Positions 28,340 through 38,755 of a DNA stretch of 64,000 nt are shown piece by piece. This DNA is from Candidatus Latescibacterota bacterium (GTDB lineage Bacteria; Latescibacterota; UBA2968): the NCBI GenBank assembly GCA_965204745.1, contig OZ242010.1, forward strand, positions 1,280,001 through 1,344,000, written 5' to 3'. Each line of letters begins with the position of its first letter. The first letter of the stretch is position 1. The notes beneath the pieces were generated by a model. It made no database searches. It saw only the letters and a list, made by a program, of their open reading frames with translations, and was not told the DNA's origin. A program made the translations under genes and the position numbers.

Positions 28340-28442
28340 CCTTTAAGAGAGTATCTTACCTCTTGCCTCTTACTTGGGATAGGGCTTGCGGTAGGGTTGT
28401 GGGGGTAATCCGCGCAATCCCCTAATCCGTTTAATCCGCGAT

Positions 28443-29846
28443 TCAAACACATATTGAGGCGATGAAGTGCCTTTCGCGTTGGCTTTGGCACACGCGCTGC
28501 TCGATGGCTTCTGGGTCGCCCCAAATTTCCAAGAGCCGGGCGCGCATGGCGTCGCGTATTTCGCGGTGTTCGGCGGACTCCGATAGGTCGTTAAATTCCC
28601 CGGGGTCTTCTGCGATGTTGAACAATTCGGGCGCGTCTCCCAAACTGAGGTTGAGTTTGTAATCGCCCTGTTTGAGCATGGCCACGGGACGGAGAACCCC
28701 GTGCGCGAGGTATTCGCAAAAGGCTTCGTCTTTCCAGGTTTCGGCGTCGCCCGCGATCAGGGGCAAGAGGCTGTCGCCATCGAGGGGGGCGATTTCTTTG
28801 GACGCGCCGCTCATGTCGAGGATGGTGGCGACGAGATCGACTAAGGAGACATTTTGTGGGACGCGCAATCCCCCCGGAATTTGCCCGGGCCAGACGATCT
28901 GAAGGGGCACGCGAGCAGAGGCTTCATACATGTTGGACTTGCGCCACATGCCGTGTTCGCCATTCATCTCCCCGTGGTCAGATGTATGGATGATGATGGT
29001 GTTGTCGCGTTGTGCGGTTTCTTCAAGCGCGTCGATGAGCCTGCCGATTTTTTCATCCAAATACGTGATGAGGCCGTAATAACCCGCACGGGCGCGGCGC
29101 ACGAGGTGCTCTGGAAAATCGACCAACCCAAACATCGCGCGCAGGCGTTTGTACACCGGGTGCATGTTTTCGAGATGGCCCTCGGGGATTTCGGGCATGT
29201 CGATTTGATCGCGGGGATACAGATCCCAAAATCGCCGGGGGACGACGAGCGGGAAATGCGGCGCGATGAACCCCACGTTGAGGCACCACGGGCGGTCTTT
29301 GTCCGCGGCGGCTTTGATATAGGCGAGCGCGGCTTCTTCGACTCGATCATCCACTTCTATGGACGTGGTCGTGCCCGGCCCGGCTTCTGCCACACCCCCC
29401 CACGGCTTTTTGGCTTTCACAATGCCCGCTTCCCAATTTGCCGCGCCGTGCGGAACGCCGTTTTTCGTCCACAATTCAGCGTGCAGGTCGCGGGCGAGTT
29501 GCGTGCGGAACCCGTGCAATTGGTCCGGGCCGCAAAAGTGCTGCTTGCCGGAGAGGACCACATCGTAGCCCACGTTTCGCAAGCGATGCGCCCATGTGAC
29601 CGTGTCCGACGACATGGGAAAGCCATTATCATACGTGCCAATGCGATAGATGTACCGCCCGGTCATGAAAGACATGCGCGACGGCCCGCAAATCGGCGAG
29701 TTGCAATACGCATTGTCAAACGTGACCCCCATTTCGGCCATGCGTTCCATGTTGGGCGATTGCACCAGCGAATGCCCATACACGCTGCTGTATTGCGGCG
29801 CGTGCTCGTCAGACATGATGATGAGGATATTGGGTTGATCAGCCAT
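28443..29846 (-). CDS. Sulfatase, choline-sulfatase-like
   Basis: MSDEH, CGPSRMSFMTG, GKQHF.GPDQLHGF, PHFP, SDHGEM.GEHG.W.K. Confidence 0.88.
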   Translation of the reverse strand: MADQPNILIIMSDEHAPQYSSVYGHSLVQSPNMERMAEMGVTFDNAYCNSPICGPSRMSFMTGRYIYRIGTYDNGFPMSSDTVTWAHRLRNVGYDVVLSGKQHFCGPDQLHGFRTQLARDLHAELWTKNGVPHGAANWEAGIVKAKKPWGGVAEAGPGTTTSIEVDDRVEEAALAYIKAAADKDRPWCLNVGFIAPHFPLVVPRRFWDLYPRDQIDMPEIPEGHLENMHPVYKRLRAMFGLVDFPEHLVRRARAGYYGLITYLDEKIGRLIDALEETAQRDNTIIIHTSDHGEMNGEHGMWRKSNMYEASARVPLQIVWPGQIPGGLRVPQNVSLVDLVATILDMSGASKEIAPLDGDSLLPLIAGDAETWKDEAFCEYLAHGVLRPVAMLKQGDYKLNLSLGDAPELFNIAEDPGEFNDLSESAEHREIRDAMRARLLEIWGDPEAIEQRVCQSQRERHFIASICV

Positions 29847-29929
29847 AGATGCTCCTTAACAAACTCCGTCTCTCCTCTTACCTCTCCCCTCTTGCCTCTT
29901 ACGCCTTTCCCCTCTCGCCTCCATTTGCA

Positions 29930-30793
29930 TCAGAGTTCAACATCCACCTTTTCGCCCGATGCCTGCGATTTTTCCAGGGCTTCGAGCATCGCGACGGGCG
30001 CGAGCATGGAACGGTCGGTTTCATCGGTTTCGCCCGTGCGGAACATGTGGCAAAAGTCGCGGATGCCCGTGAGATAGGTGTTTTCATCGTAGGCGATTAC
30101 GCGGTCGATGCGTCCCTTTTCACACAGAACGGAAATGTGGAAATCCGGGCGGCCTTCGCCAATGAGATTCATCGTGGAGATCGCGCTGCTTGCCGAGTAC
30201 AGGGTCGCGGTGTGATTTTGCTTCCCGCGGTTGAGTTGGGCATGTACCACATCGCCATCGAGCAGGCGCGAGACCATATCGACTTGGTGAATGCCATAAA
30301 AAAACACGCCGCCGTACTCGGAATCGATATCGCAAGGCCCGGTCGAAACGACGGACAGAATGCGCCCGAGTTCGCGCACCTCTCTTTGCACCTGCACAAA
30401 TGACGCCTGCTTGGGCAATACCGAGAAGGAACACACGGGCACGCCGAGTTCGCGTGCACGGTCGAGAAATTCGCGGCCCTCATCGACGCGGTAGCAAAAG
30501 GGCTTATCGACGAAGAGTGGGATTTTGGCCTCCAGCAATGGCCGCACAGCGGGCAGGTGATATTTTGCGTGCCGGTGATCGACAATGGCCGCGTCAACCC
30601 GGCCGATCAGGTCTTCGGGATGTTGCGCGATATTGGGAATCTGCCCCCGCTCGCATGCGTCTCGCGCATCGCTCGGGGTTTCGCCCCACACATGGGTCAC
30701 GCTAAAATCGGGCACGCGCTTTTCGATGTTGATGGTTTTTGCGATGGCGACGGTATGGCTGTTTTCCGCGCCGATAATGCCAATGGTGATCAT
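29930..30793 (-). CDS. Gfo/Idh/MocA-family oxidoreductase
   Basis: IGIIG.ENSH, FVDKPF, FYGIH. Confidence 0.8.
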   Translation of the reverse strand: MITIGIIGAENSHTVAIAKTINIEKRVPDFSVTHVWGETPSDARDACERGQIPNIAQHPEDLIGRVDAAIVDHRHAKYHLPAVRPLLEAKIPLFVDKPFCYRVDEGREFLDRARELGVPVCSFSVLPKQASFVQVQREVRELGRILSVVSTGPCDIDSEYGGVFFYGIHQVDMVSRLLDGDVVHAQLNRGKQNHTATLYSASSAISTMNLIGEGRPDFHISVLCEKGRIDRVIAYDENTYLTGIRDFCHMFRTGETDETDRSMLAPVAMLEALEKSQASGEKVDVEL

Positions 30794-30966
30794 GGTGTCG
30801 TTCCTTTCAATAAAAGGTGAGAGGTGAGAGGCAAGACGGGAGAAGACCTACACGCACTGCTCGCCTTTCAACGACCTCTCGCCAGTTGTACCCCTTTTGT
30901 GCCTTTTGTGCCTCTTGTGGCTAAACTTCCATCTCACCTCTCGCCTCTCACCTCTCGCCTCTCGCT

Positions 30967-32274
30967 TTAACTCCACAATCGGTCATTCACGCGCTCATTG
31001 TTCCACGCATCGGTAGGCTCGAAATAGCCGGGCAAGTCCGGGTTGATGTGTGCTTTGAGGGCGGCTTCGTTGAGGTCGATGCCGAGTCCGGGGGTGTCGG
31101 GCACGCGGATGGAGCCGTTTTGGACGATGGGATTGGGCAAGCCCGTGACGAGTGTGTTCCAAGGCGGATAATCCACTGCGTGGCACTCGAGCGCGAGAAA
31201 ATTGTGCGTGGCAGCAGCGCAATGCACGCTGGCCATGGTCGCGACGGGCGTGGCGGCCATGTGTAGTGCCATGGGAATGCCGCATTCTTCGGCGTAGTCG
31301 CCAATGCGCTTGGTTTCGAGGATGCCGCCCGAGGTGGCGAGGTCCGGGTGGATGATGGACACGGCGCGGTTGTCGAGGAGGGGTTTGAAATTTTCGAGGA
31401 GATAAATGTCTTCGCCCGTGCAAACCGGGGTCGCGGTTGCGTTTTTGAGGCGCGCCCATTGATCGGTGAATTGCCACGGGATCATGTCTTCGAGCCACGC
31501 GAGGTTGAACCGCTCGAGGGCGCGCGCGAGGCGGATGCACGATTCGACATTGATATGCCCGAAGTGATCCGCGGCCAGAGGGATTTCGTAGCCGACGATA
31601 TCGCGCACGACCGCCACGTATTGAACGAGCGCGTCAATGCCTTTGTCCGTGAGTTGGATGCCGGTAAACGGGTGCATGACCTGCGCGGTTTCCAGCATGC
31701 CAGCGGGACGGGATGGGTTGCGCGCCTCGCGGTAATACGGATGGTGAAGCGCGGTTTCCAACATGCCAGCGGGATGGGATACCGCGCCGTCAATGCCTTT
31801 GATCAAGCGCACGCCAATGTCCATTTTGAGGAACGTAAAGCCGCTGTCCATGCGCGCTTTGAGGCGGTTGCCCATTTCTTCTGGGTTTGGGGTTGAAGCC
31901 GTGTCGCAGTAGATGCGGATGTCGTCGCGGAATTTGCCGCCCGCGAGTTGGTAACAGGGCACGCCATACGCCTTGCCCGCCAAGTCCATCAGCGCCATTT
32001 CCACGCCGCATACGCCGCCTGCCTGCCGCGCGTGCCAGCCGAATTGTTTGATTTTGCGAAAGACTTTGTCCACGTTGCAGGGGTTTTCACCCAAGAGTTG
32101 ACGCTTGAGTTGCAAGGCGTAGATGTGGCTTGCCCCATCGCGCACTTCGCCCAAGCCGTAGATGTCCTGATTCGTGTCCAAGCGAATGAGGGTCGAGCGC
32201 ATAGGCACGCCCGCGAGGTTGACGATACGCAGATCCGTGATTTTGAGTTCAGACGGGGAGGAATGCGCGTTCAT
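30967..32274 (-). CDS. Mandelate racemase/muconate lactonizing enzyme family protein
   Basis: GLGEVRDG, EMALMDLAGKA, FLKMD, DH, WLED, TGED, HPD; CAGGAG RBS. Confidence 0.9.
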   Translation of the reverse strand: MNAHSSPSELKITDLRIVNLAGVPMRSTLIRLDTNQDIYGLGEVRDGASHIYALQLKRQLLGENPCNVDKVFRKIKQFGWHARQAGGVCGVEMALMDLAGKAYGVPCYQLAGGKFRDDIRIYCDTASTPNPEEMGNRLKARMDSGFTFLKMDIGVRLIKGIDGAVSHPAGMLETALHHPYYREARNPSRPAGMLETAQVMHPFTGIQLTDKGIDALVQYVAVVRDIVGYEIPLAADHFGHINVESCIRLARALERFNLAWLEDMIPWQFTDQWARLKNATATPVCTGEDIYLLENFKPLLDNRAVSIIHPDLATSGGILETKRIGDYAEECGIPMALHMAATPVATMASVHCAAATHNFLALECHAVDYPPWNTLVTGLPNPIVQNGSIRVPDTPGLGIDLNEAALKAHINPDLPGYFEPTDAWNNERVNDRLWS

Positions 32275-32385
32275 GAAGTTCTCCTGTTGGCAAATGGCGG
32301 TAGGGCGGGGACTGACAACTGACAAAGGTGAGAGGTGAGAGGCAAGACGGGAGAAGACTTACACTCACTGCTCGCCTTTGAATTA

Positions 32386-32625
32386 GGTTGTGTTGACATT
32401 TCATTTTTTTTGTTGCGCGAGGGGACCTATCCCCCGGCCCCTTTCCTACAAGGAAAGGGGAGTAAAGCACCTTTGATGGCTTCTCGCTCTGGTTGCTCTG
32501 ATGGCGTTGACCGAGGGCATAAAGCGATTAAAAATCCCTCATCAATCCCCTCGCAAAACCGCTCACAGTTCTCCCCTTCCTCAAAGGAAGGGGGGTTAGG
32601 GGGGTAGGTCCCGATACAGAACCTA
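32386..32625. mobile_element. Partial IS5(IS427-like) MITE end with nested palindromic repeats
   Basis: TA-GGTTGTGTTGACATTT end; internal blocks shared with 44434-45020. Confidence 0.55.
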
Positions 32626-32732
32626 GCTATCGCCAGTTGTACCCCGCTCGTGGCTAAACTTCCATCTCCCCTCTTGCATCTTCCTTCTTCCCTCTCCCGT
32701 CTTACGTCTCACCTTTCTTACGTCTTACCGCT

Positions 32733-33701
32733 TTACGGAATCAACAGCACCTTCCCCGTGGTCTGCCGACCTTCGAGGCGGGTGTGGGCGTCGGCGGCAT
32801 TTGCGAGGGGATGCTCTTCGCCAATCCGCACATTGAGAGCGCCATCTTGAAGCCAGCCCATCACCTCGTCTGTGCGCTGGAGGTATTCCTCGCGGGTCTG
32901 CGTGTAGTCGTTGAGGGTGGGGCGCGTGAGATAAATCGAGCCTTTTTGCGACAAGAGCAGGGGATCGATGGGCGGCACCGGGCCGCTGGCATTGCCGAAA
33001 AAGACCATGTAACCGCACGGCTTGAGGCAGTTGATGCTCTTTTCCCAGGTGGCTTTGGCAACGGAATCGTACACGACTTCGACGCCTTGCCCATTTGTGA
33101 GCCGCTGGACTTCGGCTTCAAAATCCTGTTCCGTGTAGAGGATGAGGTCGTCTGCTCCTGCGCCGCGTGCGAGGGCGGCTTTTTCGTCGGTGGAGGTGGT
33201 GCCGATAACCCGCGCCCCGCGCATTTTCGCCATCTGCACGAGCAAGAGGCCAACGCCCCCTGCGGCTGCGTGGATGAGACAGGTGTCGCCTTCTCGAATG
33301 GGGTACGTGCTGTTGACCAAGTAATGCGCGGTCAGGCCCTGCAACATCACGGCGGCGGCGGTCTTGGTGGCAACTGCACCGGGGATTTTGACCACATCAT
33401 CCTCATTGGCAACGACTTGCTCGGCATAAGACCCTGCCACGCTTTTCCACGCAACGCGGTCTCCTTCTGCCAAACCCGTGACCCCCGCGCCTACGGCGTT
33501 CACAGTGCCCGCGCCTTCCAGCCCCAGGGTGAGGGGCAAGTCCAAGGGATAGAGGCCCGTGCGGTGATAGGTGTCGATAAAGTTGACACCAGCGGCTTCG
33601 ATGGCAACGCGAACCTGTCCATCTCCCGGCTCTGGCGCGTCAACATCCTCAAAACACAACACCTCTGCACCGCCGTATTGTGCTATGCGAATGGCTTTCA
33701 T
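32733..33701 (-). CDS. qor: NADPH:quinone oxidoreductase (zeta-crystallin family)
   Basis: GVNFIDTY.R.G.Y, LQGLTAHYL, HAAAGGVG, YLTRPTL, TTGKVLL. Confidence 0.92.
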   Translation of the reverse strand: MKAIRIAQYGGAEVLCFEDVDAPEPGDGQVRVAIEAAGVNFIDTYHRTGLYPLDLPLTLGLEGAGTVNAVGAGVTGLAEGDRVAWKSVAGSYAEQVVANEDDVVKIPGAVATKTAAAVMLQGLTAHYLVNSTYPIREGDTCLIHAAAGGVGLLLVQMAKMRGARVIGTTSTDEKAALARGAGADDLILYTEQDFEAEVQRLTNGQGVEVVYDSVAKATWEKSINCLKPCGYMVFFGNASGPVPPIDPLLLSQKGSIYLTRPTLNDYTQTREEYLQRTDEVMGWLQDGALNVRIGEEHPLANAADAHTRLEGRQTTGKVLLIP

Positions 33702-33895
33702 GTGGCTCTCCTTTAAAAAAAATAAGCAACACAGGCACGGGAGCCTGTCCCTACGGGTGATGGTAGTCAGTGGTCAGCCCCCACCTGACCCTACCGCCCA
33801 AGTAGTCAGTGGTCAGTCCCCGCCCACTCCCCACCACTATGTTCATTAGAATTAGTCAACTGACCACTGACCACTGACCACTGACCACTGACAAC

Positions 33896-35077
33896 GGCGT
33901 TGTTGCATAAATCGCTATTGCCTGCGAGTTGGGATTGCAAAAAGACAGGCTCCTTCGTAGTTGGGCATATGGAGCACCGAAACCACTCACCCTTTCTCAC
34001 CAGGAACCTGTCATGCCCAAGATAACCGCTTCCAAGACCGCCGTCAAGGCCCCTCGTCGCCTTCGTCGCCCGCGCTGTGAGCCTGTCTATCGGGTTCGGA
34101 ACTGGGCGGCCTACGAGGCCGGTCTCAAGCAGCGGGGCAGTCTGACGTTTTGGATCACGCCGCAAGCCCTTCGGGGGTGGTACCATCAAGGGCCAACGCA
34201 ACGGGGGAGGCAAAACACCTTTTCAGATTTGGCTATTCAAACGGCGTTGATGGTGCGCTTGGTCTATGCCTTGCCCCTGCGTCAAACCGAGGGGTTTCTC
34301 ACGTCCATCCTGGCGTTGATGGGGGTGGCTTTGCGCGTGCCCGATCATACGACCCTCTGCCGGCGACAGGGCGATTTGAATGTGGATTTACCTGTCCAAT
34401 CCCATCATGCGCCGATCCACTTAGTGGTGGATTCCACCGTCCTGAAAGGGTATGGCGAAGGGGAATGGAAGGTGCGTCAACACGGCTTTTGCAAGCACCG
34501 GACTTGGCGCAAATTGCACATCGGCGTCGATGAGGCCACCGGCGAGCTTGTCGCACAGACCCTGACCTCGGCAAGCGTTGATGACGCTTCGCAGGTCAAC
34601 CCCTTGCTCGATCAAGTCCCGGCCCCTGTGATATGATGGGTGCAGATGGCGGCTATGACAAACGCAAGGTCTTCAACACATGCGCCGCCCCCAAACAAGG
34701 AGCCCCCATCCGACCCCTGATTCCCCCGCGCCATGACGCGAAAATTGAACAACACGGAAACAGGAAGGCCCCCCCCTCGCTCGCGATGAAATCATCCGAG
34801 CCATCCGGCGTCAAGGCCGCCGACAGTGGAAACGCACCAGTGGCTATCATCGTCGCTCGGTCGTTGAAACCCAACTATGCCGCTACAAACAACTCATTGG
34901 GCGGCAGTTGCACGCACGAAGTCAGGAGAACCAAGAAACGGAAGCGCGGTTGGGATGTGCGGTGCTCAATCGCATGATGAGGATCGCGAAACCCGTGTCC
35001 TATCCCAGAGAAAGAGGGGCTTAAATCTCGCGGGAAAGGGACGAACTTTGCCACGACAACATTTATGCAACAACGCC
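33896..35077 (+). mobile_element. IS5-family element, IS903-like group, with 9-bp target duplication
   Basis: Perfect 17-bp TIR GGCGTTGTTGCATAAAT (33896-33912 / 35061-35077); TSD ACTGACAAC at 33887-33895 and 35078-35086. Confidence 0.93.
34013..35024 (+). pseudogene. IS903-like transposase, frameshifted
   Basis: NWAAYEAGLKQRGSLTFW, LRQTEGF, DSTVLK.YGEGEW, WRKLH, ADGGYD; breaks at ~34635 and in a C-run at ~34770. Confidence 0.85.
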
Positions 35078-35134
35078 ACTGACAACTGACTACTGACTAC
35101 TGACTACTGATTTTTCGGGACGATACGAGGCGCG

Positions 35135-36097
35135 TTAAACCACCGCATTCCGCGTTCGGCCCTCCAAGAATGCGATCACATTTTCCACTGCGCCGCTGTT
35201 GAGCAAATCCACGCCTTCCGGGGTCATGTCCGCGCAATGGGGCGTGAGCACCACTTGGTCGCACGCAAACAGGGGATGATCCGATGGCGCGGGTTCTTCC
35301 TCGAACACGTCAATGCCCGCGCCGCCTACCTGACCGCGATTCAACGCCTCCGCGAGCGCGTCAGTATCCACAATCGCGCCGCGCGCCCCATTCAGCAACA
35401 GCACGCCCTTTTTCATCTTTGCCAACTCGGCCTTCCCAATCAGCCCTTCGGTATCTTCTGTCAGCGCGACGTGCAAACTGATCACGTCAGCGGTTTCGAG
35501 CAGCGCGTCCCATTCCACGAATCGCACCCCGAGTCGTTCGCCCCGTTCGACAGAGGGGTGAAAGGTCCACGCGATCACCGCCATGCCAATGGCCTGCGCG
35601 AGGCGCGCCATCTCCGCGCCGGTATTGCCCGCGCCGATGATCCCCAATGTCTTGCCCTGAAGCATCGCATTGTCCAGCCGAGGCCAGCCTCCGTTTTTCA
35701 TCGCCGCGGTAAAGTACGCCGCGCGTTTTGCCACCGCGAACATCAGCCCGAAAATGTGTTCTGCCACCACCGGCGCGGTTCTGCCCGGCTGATTGCAAAT
35801 CGCGATTCCCCGCGCTTTTGCGGCGTCCAAGTCGAACATGTCCGTGCCGATGGAACAGGTCGTAATCATCTTCAACTTGGGCAAGTGGGAAAACTCGGCC
35901 TCGCCCCATGTGACTGCGCCGCGCGTGTTCATAATCACATCGGCGTCTCGCACCCGGGCGATTTTCTCTGCCACTGACGCGGGCCGCGTGTCGTAGAGCA
36001 CCACCTCGCCATAAGGGCGCAATTTCTCGAGATGGGGCGACCCTGCGATCTGCACGGGCGCGTCCCCCGGCACCACGATTTGTATATGTCCCGCCAT
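35135..36097 (-). CDS. D-isomer-specific 2-hydroxyacid dehydrogenase
   Basis: GIIGAGNTG, LLNGARG, DVFEEEP, LTPH. Confidence 0.9.
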   Translation of the reverse strand: MAGHIQIVVPGDAPVQIAGSPHLEKLRPYGEVVLYDTRPASVAEKIARVRDADVIMNTRGAVTWGEAEFSHLPKLKMITTCSIGTDMFDLDAAKARGIAICNQPGRTAPVVAEHIFGLMFAVAKRAAYFTAAMKNGGWPRLDNAMLQGKTLGIIGAGNTGAEMARLAQAIGMAVIAWTFHPSVERGERLGVRFVEWDALLETADVISLHVALTEDTEGLIGKAELAKMKKGVLLLNGARGAIVDTDALAEALNRGQVGGAGIDVFEEEPAPSDHPLFACDQVVLTPHCADMTPEGVDLLNSGAVENVIAFLEGRTRNAVV

Positions 36098-36231
36098 AGC
36101 CACTCCTTTCAGAAACATTGCCCGTCAAAACATCCTTTGGTATATTCCCCAATGTACGCAACGGGGCATCCCCGTGCCAACAACTTTGTTTGGACGTAGT
36201 ACCCACCCATCAATACGCTCGAGGAGTGCCA

Positions 36232-37704
36232 ATGCCGCTGGCAAAATATCAACGCATCGGACATCACAAAACCGTAGCATCATTCCGAGAACATGTCAAA
36301 AGCCTGGGCCTCGACCTGCCCTGCGATAGCGACATTCTCACAGCGCCCGAATCCCCGCTCGCGCAACCGGCCGAGTGCCACGGGTTTCGCATTGGCAATC
36401 GCTTCTGCATTCACCCCATGGAGGGCTGGGATGGCGAAGCCGATGGCAACCCCTCGCAATACACCCTGCGCCGATGGCACAACTTCGGCTTGAGCGGCGC
36501 GAAATTGATCTGGGGGGGCGAAGCGGTTGCGGTGCGCGACGAAGGCCGGGCAAATCCCAACCAACTCTATGCTGCGGGCCACACCAAAGCGGGCCTCGGG
36601 CAACTCCGCGAGGTGCTCTTATCCGCGCACCGCGACCACATCGGCGATACCGACGACCTGCTCATCGGCCTTCAACTGACGCATTCGGGTCGCTTTTGCA
36701 GGCCCAATGACAAGATCAAACTCGAACCCCGCATCGCGTATCGGCATCCGATCCTCGACCGCAAGTTCGGCATTGACTCGGACGACCCCATCCTGTCCGA
36801 CAGCGAGATCAAACACCTGATTGACGACTACCTCAACGCGGCGCGCATGGCCTGTGACCTCGGCTATCAGTTCGTGGATATCAAACACTGCCACGGCTAC
36901 CTCGGCCATGAGTTTTTGAGCGCGTTCACCCGCCCGGGCCCCTATGGCGGCAGCTTTGAAAACCGCACTCGGTTCCTGCGCGAAATCGTCGCGGGCATTC
37001 GCGCCGATTGTCCCGATCTCCAAATTGGCGTGCGCCTCAGCGCGTTCGACTTTGTGCCCTTTTATCCGGATCCCGACCGATCCGAAGGCAAAAAACTCGG
37101 CCCGGGCATTCCCGAAGACTTCGGCGCGTGCCTGCCCTACAAGTACGGCTTTGGCATTGACGAAAACGATCCCACCGCCGCCAATCTCGCCGAGACCTGC
37201 CGCTTCCTCGCCCTGTTGCGCGACCTCGACATCGCGCTCGTCAACCTCTCTGCCGGCAGCCCCTACTACAACCCCCACATCCAACGGCCCGCCTATTTTC
37301 CGCCGTCGGACGGGTACCAACCCCCCGAAGACCCGCTCGTGGGCGTCGCGCGGCAAGTGGAGATGGTCGCGCAAATCAAAAAGCAATTTCCCGACCTGCT
37401 CATCGTGGGCACGGCCTATTCCTACCTCCAAGACTTTCTGCCCCACGTAGCCCAACCGCTCGTGCGCGATGGCATGGTCGATTTCATCGGCCTCGGGCGC
37501 ATGGTGCTGTCCTATCCGGACTTGCCCGCGGATGTGCTCCAAAAAGGCGAAACCGTCAAACGCAAATTCTGCCGCACTTTCAGCGACTGCACCACGGCCC
37601 CTCGAAATGGCATGATCTCGGGCTGCTTCCCCCTCGATCCCTACTACAAAAAATCCCCCGAAGGCACCGCACTCAGGGAACTCAAAAAGTCCATTCAGTT
37701 GTGA
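36232..37704 (+). CDS. NADH:flavin oxidoreductase (Old Yellow Enzyme family)
   Basis: [46 protein letters not shown]. Confidence 0.88.
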   Translation: MPLAKYQRIGHHKTVASFREHVKSLGLDLPCDSDILTAPESPLAQPAECHGFRIGNRFCIHPMEGWDGEADGNPSQYTLRRWHNFGLSGAKLIWGGEAVAVRDEGRANPNQLYAAGHTKAGLGQLREVLLSAHRDHIGDTDDLLIGLQLTHSGRFCRPNDKIKLEPRIAYRHPILDRKFGIDSDDPILSDSEIKHLIDDYLNAARMACDLGYQFVDIKHCHGYLGHEFLSAFTRPGPYGGSFENRTRFLREIVAGIRADCPDLQIGVRLSAFDFVPFYPDPDRSEGKKLGPGIPEDFGACLPYKYGFGIDENDPTAANLAETCRFLALLRDLDIALVNLSAGSPYYNPHIQRPAYFPPSDGYQPPEDPLVGVARQVEMVAQIKKQFPDLLIVGTAYSYLQDFLPHVAQPLVRDGMVDFIGLGRMVLSYPDLPADVLQKGETVKRKFCRTFSDCTTAPRNGMISGCFPLDPYYKKSPEGTALRELKKSIQL

Positions 37705-38082
37705 AACAATGCAATCACAGAGAAACACCGATGAACGCGAATGTAGGGGCGTGGCCCCTGTGCCTGCCTGAATCGAACATCACTACGGCCTAGCAGGGCA
37801 ACGCCCGGTGGGAGACCACCAAACGAGACAGTTTTTACGGCTCAAATCAGAAATCTTGCATTTGTAATCAGATTTGAAATGCTATTTATCGACCTGCTCA
37901 AGAATCACCTTTTCCATTATAGCCGTAATGCCCTCACGCAGTTCAACATGCCTATATAGGAGCCGTCCCTACATATCCTTCTTTGCCTCATTGACTATGT
38001 AATCAATAGCTCCAGCCATCTCTTGCCGTCGGAAGAATAATGTCACAACGATGCGGTTTTGTCAATCGCGCGTTTATCGACC

Positions 38083-38634
38083 TCACCGCTCGTCGAAGCC
38101 GAGGAATTTGAGAAATGTCTTTTTGCCGCCTGCTTTTTTGCGCGTGTTCCATGCTTTGAGGAGCGCGTAATAGGGGGCTTCTTCCCACGCTTCCCATTTG
38201 GCGATAGCCTTGATTTCGCCCAACGGGGTGTAGCTATCGAGTTCATACGGGCAATCGGTGGATTGGCTGATGCTGAGCAACTCGATGTCGCCATTCGCGT
38301 CAAATTCCAAGTCGAACGGATAGCGGCGGCAGGTCACGGGCCGGTAATTGTAGATGCGGCACAAGTCGTCATCGCCCAAGTATTGGCATCCGCTTTCGGT
38401 TCGGCGCAACCCCATGATGCGGCGCCCCGTCTTCAAACGGATCCAGCCGGGCTGATCCTCGCCCCATTCGATTTCACTCGGTTTGTAAAAATCGACAATG
38501 CCATAAGCCGTCTGACCCGTGCCCTCGATGATGCGGCGCACGTCCTCATCCGTGACCAAGACGATGGGTTCTCGACAACAGTTGCCACAGCGCGTGCAAC
38601 GAAAATTGAGCAGGTGTTTCCAGGATTGGGACAT
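38083..38634 (-). CDS. YkgJ-family Cys-cluster (CxxCxxCC) protein
   Basis: FRCTRCGNCC...C.YL....C.IY..RP.TCR.YPF. Confidence 0.85.
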   Translation of the reverse strand: MSQSWKHLLNFRCTRCGNCCREPIVLVTDEDVRRIIEGTGQTAYGIVDFYKPSEIEWGEDQPGWIRLKTGRRIMGLRRTESGCQYLGDDDLCRIYNYRPVTCRRYPFDLEFDANGDIELLSISQSTDCPYELDSYTPLGEIKAIAKWEAWEEAPYYALLKAWNTRKKAGGKKTFLKFLGFDER

Positions 38635-38755
38635 GGGGTCTCCTGCAAAAAAACAAAAAAAGCAAAAGTCAGCGGATGTCTCGCGTTTCGGGCGGACACA
38701 GGGCCCGCCCCTACGGTTTGGAGGCGGGGAGTTGGGACTGACCACTGACCACCTT

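Larger units (their letters stand above)
27064..28356 (+). mobile_element. IS110-family element copy 2, bounded by CT cores at 27064-27065 and 28355-28356
   Basis: Colinear with copy 1 over ~1.29 kb; same end motifs. Confidence 0.92.

Noticed and set aside
37884-38030. Possible decayed minus-strand gene (MAGAIDYIVNEAKKDM*GRLLYRHVELREG...)
   Set aside because: Short, interrupted and not recognisable.
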